Shown in pieces: positions 59,919 to 64,000 of a stretch of 64,000 nt of DNA. The position numbers and the translations under genes were made by a program. Within the stretch, counting starts at the first letter, position 1. Each line of letters begins with the position of its first letter. The stretch covers positions 6,634,001 to 6,698,000 of the forward strand of contig NC_135764.1 of assembly GCF_052425735.1 (NCBI RefSeq). Reading direction: 5' to 3'. This stretch comes from Oculina patagonica (lineage: Eukaryota). The notes under the pieces were generated by a model. The model did not search any database and was not told the DNA's origin. It saw only the letters and a program-made list of their open reading frames with translations.

Positions 59919-61122
59919 AAGATTTCAGCGATGTTCTCATAGTATTTCTTCTTTAATCTGCATTGCACTTGAGTCAATGGGACAAATTACTGTAGCAAGT
60001 AACTGTGTCACAACACGGTATCTTTAGTTAGGATTAGTATAAAAGTCACATCCTGTACAATTTGACGATTGGCAATAGCAGCAGAACTGTGTGGAGACAA
60101 CTGACACCATGAGTAACAAAATATGATTACTGAATGTAATAACCAAGTGTAATTCCGGAGCGAATTCCAGGAAAAGGATTGACTGCTTGGCAGTAATTAA
60201 GAGGCAGTCTTTTTTGAATCCGCCCATTGGAATTCGCGTGAAAAAATAATTTTGCTTGAAACTCTGGCAACTGAAAGACTTGACCGAGACTAGGACTTAA
60301 ACAAACTAGGCATCAGCCGTCAGTATCATGAAAGGTCAAAGGCGCTTTGATCGCTTTTGAAGACTTTGAAGGTAGTGATTTCAGAGTTGTTTTCTTTGTA
60401 CTTTGAAAACTTATAAAAAATAACGTGTCTCTTTCATTTGCTTCTCGTAACAAAATAAAACTGCCCAGCAGTTCTATTTTGGCTCTGTGGTCTAAGCGAG
60501 GATTCCTTGTTGAGTTAAACAAATGGAAAACGCGTATAACGCACGTAATTTTAATCCGTCAAGTGACAAGTAATGTATTACATTTCCTCCGTGCCATTCC
60601 CTTTCGCCAATCGACGCAAATTTCAAGTCGGTGATGAAAGATGACCAGTTCTAAGCCAATCAACATATGTGACCGATATGGTAGAAGATAGATTATGAAA
60701 CGGGGGGCACCAGACCCTTTCTTAGTTCCTTGCCCCCTGGGTGGGAACCAGACCCCACCCGGTTAATAATTTTGTGACTTATCAATTATCCCTTAAACGC
60801 CTACCGGGGCCACGGTCCTGCGCCAGAGCACGAATTTCATTTGCCTGGTGATTGACACGAATGAGTACCTGACACGCACGAGTGATTGACACGAATGAGA
60901 ACCTGACCCGAACGAGTGCTTTGATTAAGTACTAAAACATGTAAAATAACACATCTTTAACCGTTCAATTTGCTGACGACATGCGACATATATTCCTTGG
61001 TTTTTCATTTAGCACAGATTGATGCTAGTGCAGTGATTCAATCATTCTCTTAGTGGTCCGAAGTGGATAAGTAAACTCAAACAATTTTGTGAGGTTGCAC
61101 CTAGTGTCTTACCGAAGGAAAC

Positions 61123-63172
61123 ATGTTTTCGATGCTGCTGCTAAGGTTGTTCACATTTTGTGAGTTTTTGCTACTCGTCAATTCAGAGTTAGTAAAAGTG
61201 TCCACAAAGTATGGAGTTATCGAAGGTCTCGTGGCATCCTACCCGAATGCCTCGGCTCCGTTTAAGTCTGTCAACAAGTTTCTTGGTGTTCCTTTCGCCG
61301 CTCCACCGATTGGAGAGCTCAGACTAAAACCACCACAACCGCCAATAGCATGGAAAAACGTTCGGCAAGCGACAAAAAATGGAAACATTTGCTGGCAAGG
61401 TAAACTTTTTGAATTTTATATCAAAATATATGCTACAAATTTCACGTATAGTGAGGATTGCTTGTATCTCAACGTCTACAGCCCGAACGTCAGCTTGAGT
61501 TTACCCGTGATGGTTTATATTCACGGTGGAGCTTACGAGATCGGTTCAGCAATAACACAACCCAGCGATATGTTGGCTCTTCGCGGAGTGGTTGTAGTTG
61601 GGATCCAATATCGTCTCGGTCCATTTGGTTTCTTGACGACCGGGGATTCTGCAGCCCCTGGGAATCTTGGAATGTTGGATCAAGTCGAAGCACTCAAGTG
61701 GGTCAAAGATAATATTGCAAACTTTGGCGGGGACCCTAGCAAGGTGACCATATTTGGATTAAGTGCTGGCGGAACAAGTGTTACCCTCCATTTGCTGTCG
61801 CCTCTATCGGAGGGCCTCTTCCACCAAGCCATCGCAGAGATTGGAGTGGATTTGAGTCCCTTTGCAATTCAGCCGGTTTCTTATGGCCTCCGTTTTGCCA
61901 AAGAGCTCGCTCAAAAGCTGGATTGTACCACAAGAGACCACGAAGCAATGGTCGCCTGCATACGCGAGAAAAAAGGCTCGGACATACAGAAAGCTGCTGA
62001 CACAATAAGCTATCGCTTCTACGATTATCTGCGTTGGGCGCCAGTTGTCGACAAACACTTTCTTCTTGACACGCCCCGGAATCTGCGAAAGAAAAAAGAA
62101 TTAAAGAAAGTGAAGTTGATGATCAGTTTCAACAGTCATGAGGGTGCTGCCTCTCTTGGATATATGGCGAACTCGTCTTTTGGGATGGCGGCAAGTTTGG
62201 ACGATGGAGTGAGTCCGTCATTTTTCAAGGAATTTGTAACAAAGCTTGCCCACGCTCGAAACAGCAGGTGAGTTGCGATTTTGTTGTCAGGTGAACTTAA
62301 TCTCGTTCCTTGGGCACTCTTCCTTTCAAACATTTCCCTCCCCTTCCACTTTAAAGCAAAAAGTGCCCTGGAACGAGGTTAAGGTAAATCACATGATGCA
62401 ATCGTTTCAACGCCAAACACAGTTAATCTTGTCTATAACAGGGACTTTGGGCTAATTCCAAACACAACAGCGCCAGGCCATTGGTCCTTGTTTTCCTCCT
62501 GTAGCTTTTGAAGAAACAATTAACAAAAAATCACTTCGTTTGCCGTTCTTTAGGAAGAAAACCGCCGACATTATCGCGGACGCGTTGCAGTTCATGTACA
62601 CCCCATGGCCCGACAACAGTGATAAATACGCACTAAGAAGCCAACTTGTGGACCTTATTGGTGATTATCTGTACTTCGCACCAAGCCATGAGGTCGCCGA
62701 TATTCACAGCAGAGTTGCTCCAGTGTACATGTACGAGTTCGCTCAGCGTCCAAAGAACGCCAGCATTGTCGAAGAGTGGATGGGTGTGGTTCATGGGGAA
62801 AACGTGGCATATGATTTTGGTATCCCGCTTTGGTTCCCAAGGTATAACGCAGCCGACAAAAACGTCAGTTTGTTTATCATGACAGTGTACACGAACTTCG
62901 CCAAGACCGGCGATCCAACACCACAGCCAGTTAGCGGTGTTACGTGGGAGAAGTATAACTCCAGTCACAGAGCCTATCTACGAGTTCACCCCAATCCCAA
63001 AATGGCGGCGACGTTTGCTCCTCGGCGAATGGCTTTCTGGAATGATTACCATCCTAAACTGGAGCAAGTAAATTTTGAAATTAAGAAAGATGTGGTCAGC
63101 GGCACTACCGCTTGTGTTGCGATGGCAATGTTTTATCACATTGCACTTGCTGTCGCTTTGGTGATGTTCTGA
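61123..63172 (+). CDS. Carboxylesterase type B copy 9 (exons 61123-62267, 62554-63172)
   Basis: GLSAG, NSHEG, GVVHGE, intact. Confidence 0.9.
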
Positions 63173-63187
63173 CGTTTAGTATTTGCA

Positions 63188-63322
63188 CACAGAATGGCTT
63201 TCTGGAATGATTACTATCTCAAACTTACGCAAATGAAATTCGATACGAACAAGGATATAGTCAGCGGAGTTATCGCCGGTCATGCTGCGCTTTGGCAGTT
63301 ATTTTTCAGATTTTATTCTCCA
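63188..63322 (+). pseudogene. Second orphan esterase 3'-tail fragment
   Basis: HRMAFWNDYYLKLTQMKFDTNKDIVSG..., similar to 59790-59918. Confidence 0.75.
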
Positions 63323-63842
63323 ACTCTGCTTTGTAGAGTACACATAACGTGCAAAACGAGGACATATATCTCACGGTATTTGTAGTCGTCTCATTACCCC
63401 CCGACAGTGCGAAAAGTTATAAAATGTGGCAAGTCAGCATTTTAGGGAAATAAATCGTTGGATAATAAATCTCTTATAAGACATTTTACTCTACATTTTT
63501 AGGATCAATTTAGGTTTCTGGGAAACTGCTCACCTACCCCTCCCCAAACTTAACATTTTGCCCAAAGAAAGAAGTAAGTGTTAATGTTAGGTTAGGGGTA
63601 GGGAGGGGTAGGTAGGCAGTTTGTTATTTGTATTTTTACCCGCCCTTCGGACTCGCCAAAATACTACATGACTCGTAAAAATGTACAGCGATACTACATA
63701 CTAAAATGTCTAATAAGATATATGCACTCGCCAAGATTTCAGCGATGTTCTCATATAGTGAAAACGATCGAGTATTAGAAAGAAAGATGTAAATAAATTA
63801 CAGAAGGCTTTCGACACACGTCGAAATGAAAGAAAAATTACA

Positions 63843-63921
63843 TGCCCCGAGCAGGATTCGAACCCGCGTCTCCCTGTTACTATTCAGGCGTGACATCGGG
63901 TCACCACGCTGGATACGTGGC
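63843..63921 (-). repeat. tRNA-derived sequence (SINE head or pseudo-tRNA)
   Basis: Minus strand has the T-arm GCGGGTTCGAATCCTGC and acceptor-like pairing GCCACG/CGGGGC. The D and anticodon arms are non-canonical. Confidence 0.55.
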
Positions 63922-64000
63922 AACTCATAGGTGTGTATTGGATCGAACACGGTCAATCCACAGGGCATTTTCTTCCTATTCTTCCACCAGCGTGGTGATC

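Noticed and set aside
18831-62968. Recurrent antisense and alternative-frame ORFs over the esterase exons
   Set aside because: They recur only because the paralogs are similar, and they show no independent coding signal.
24764-63172. Neuroligin or true acetylcholinesterase assignment
   Set aside because: The catalytic Ser is retained and there is no cytoplasmic tail, so these are not neuroligins. AChE orthology and choline-site residues cannot be established by eye, so no gene symbol is given.

Overview
This is eukaryotic animal DNA. The repeat and gene style suggest a cnidarian or coral-like marine invertebrate (inference). The backbone is a tandem array of nine two-exon type-B carboxylesterase/cholinesterase-family genes, each with a signal peptide, a Ser-Glu-His triad and a C-terminal GPI-like tail. 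The array is interspersed with MITEs, tRNA-derived SINEs and a decayed GPCR. Exon 1 of the first esterase is split by a nested 17.4-kb insertion. The outer layer is a ~1-kb Helentron/Helitron2-like non-autonomous element (875-18255). Inside it sits a complete 16,338-bp Polinton/Maverick-like endogenous virus (1824-18161) with 248-bp TIRs that appear identical and a 5-bp TSD (CGTCC). The virus encodes a protein-primed PolB, an rve integrase, an A32-type packaging ATPase, and probable major and minor capsid proteins. Its unusual features are: (i) each TIR begins with a 115-nt parvovirus-like fold-back hairpin whose loop carries GCTC repeats; (ii) there is no recognisable maturation protease; (iii) it has about six predicted membrane proteins, one with both PSAP and YPxL late-domain-like motifs; (iv) a promoter-like motif is shared upstream of six genes; (v) it contains a highly structured GC-rich non-coding island that could be a VA-RNA-like ncRNA. 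All calls were made by eye and no database searches were run.
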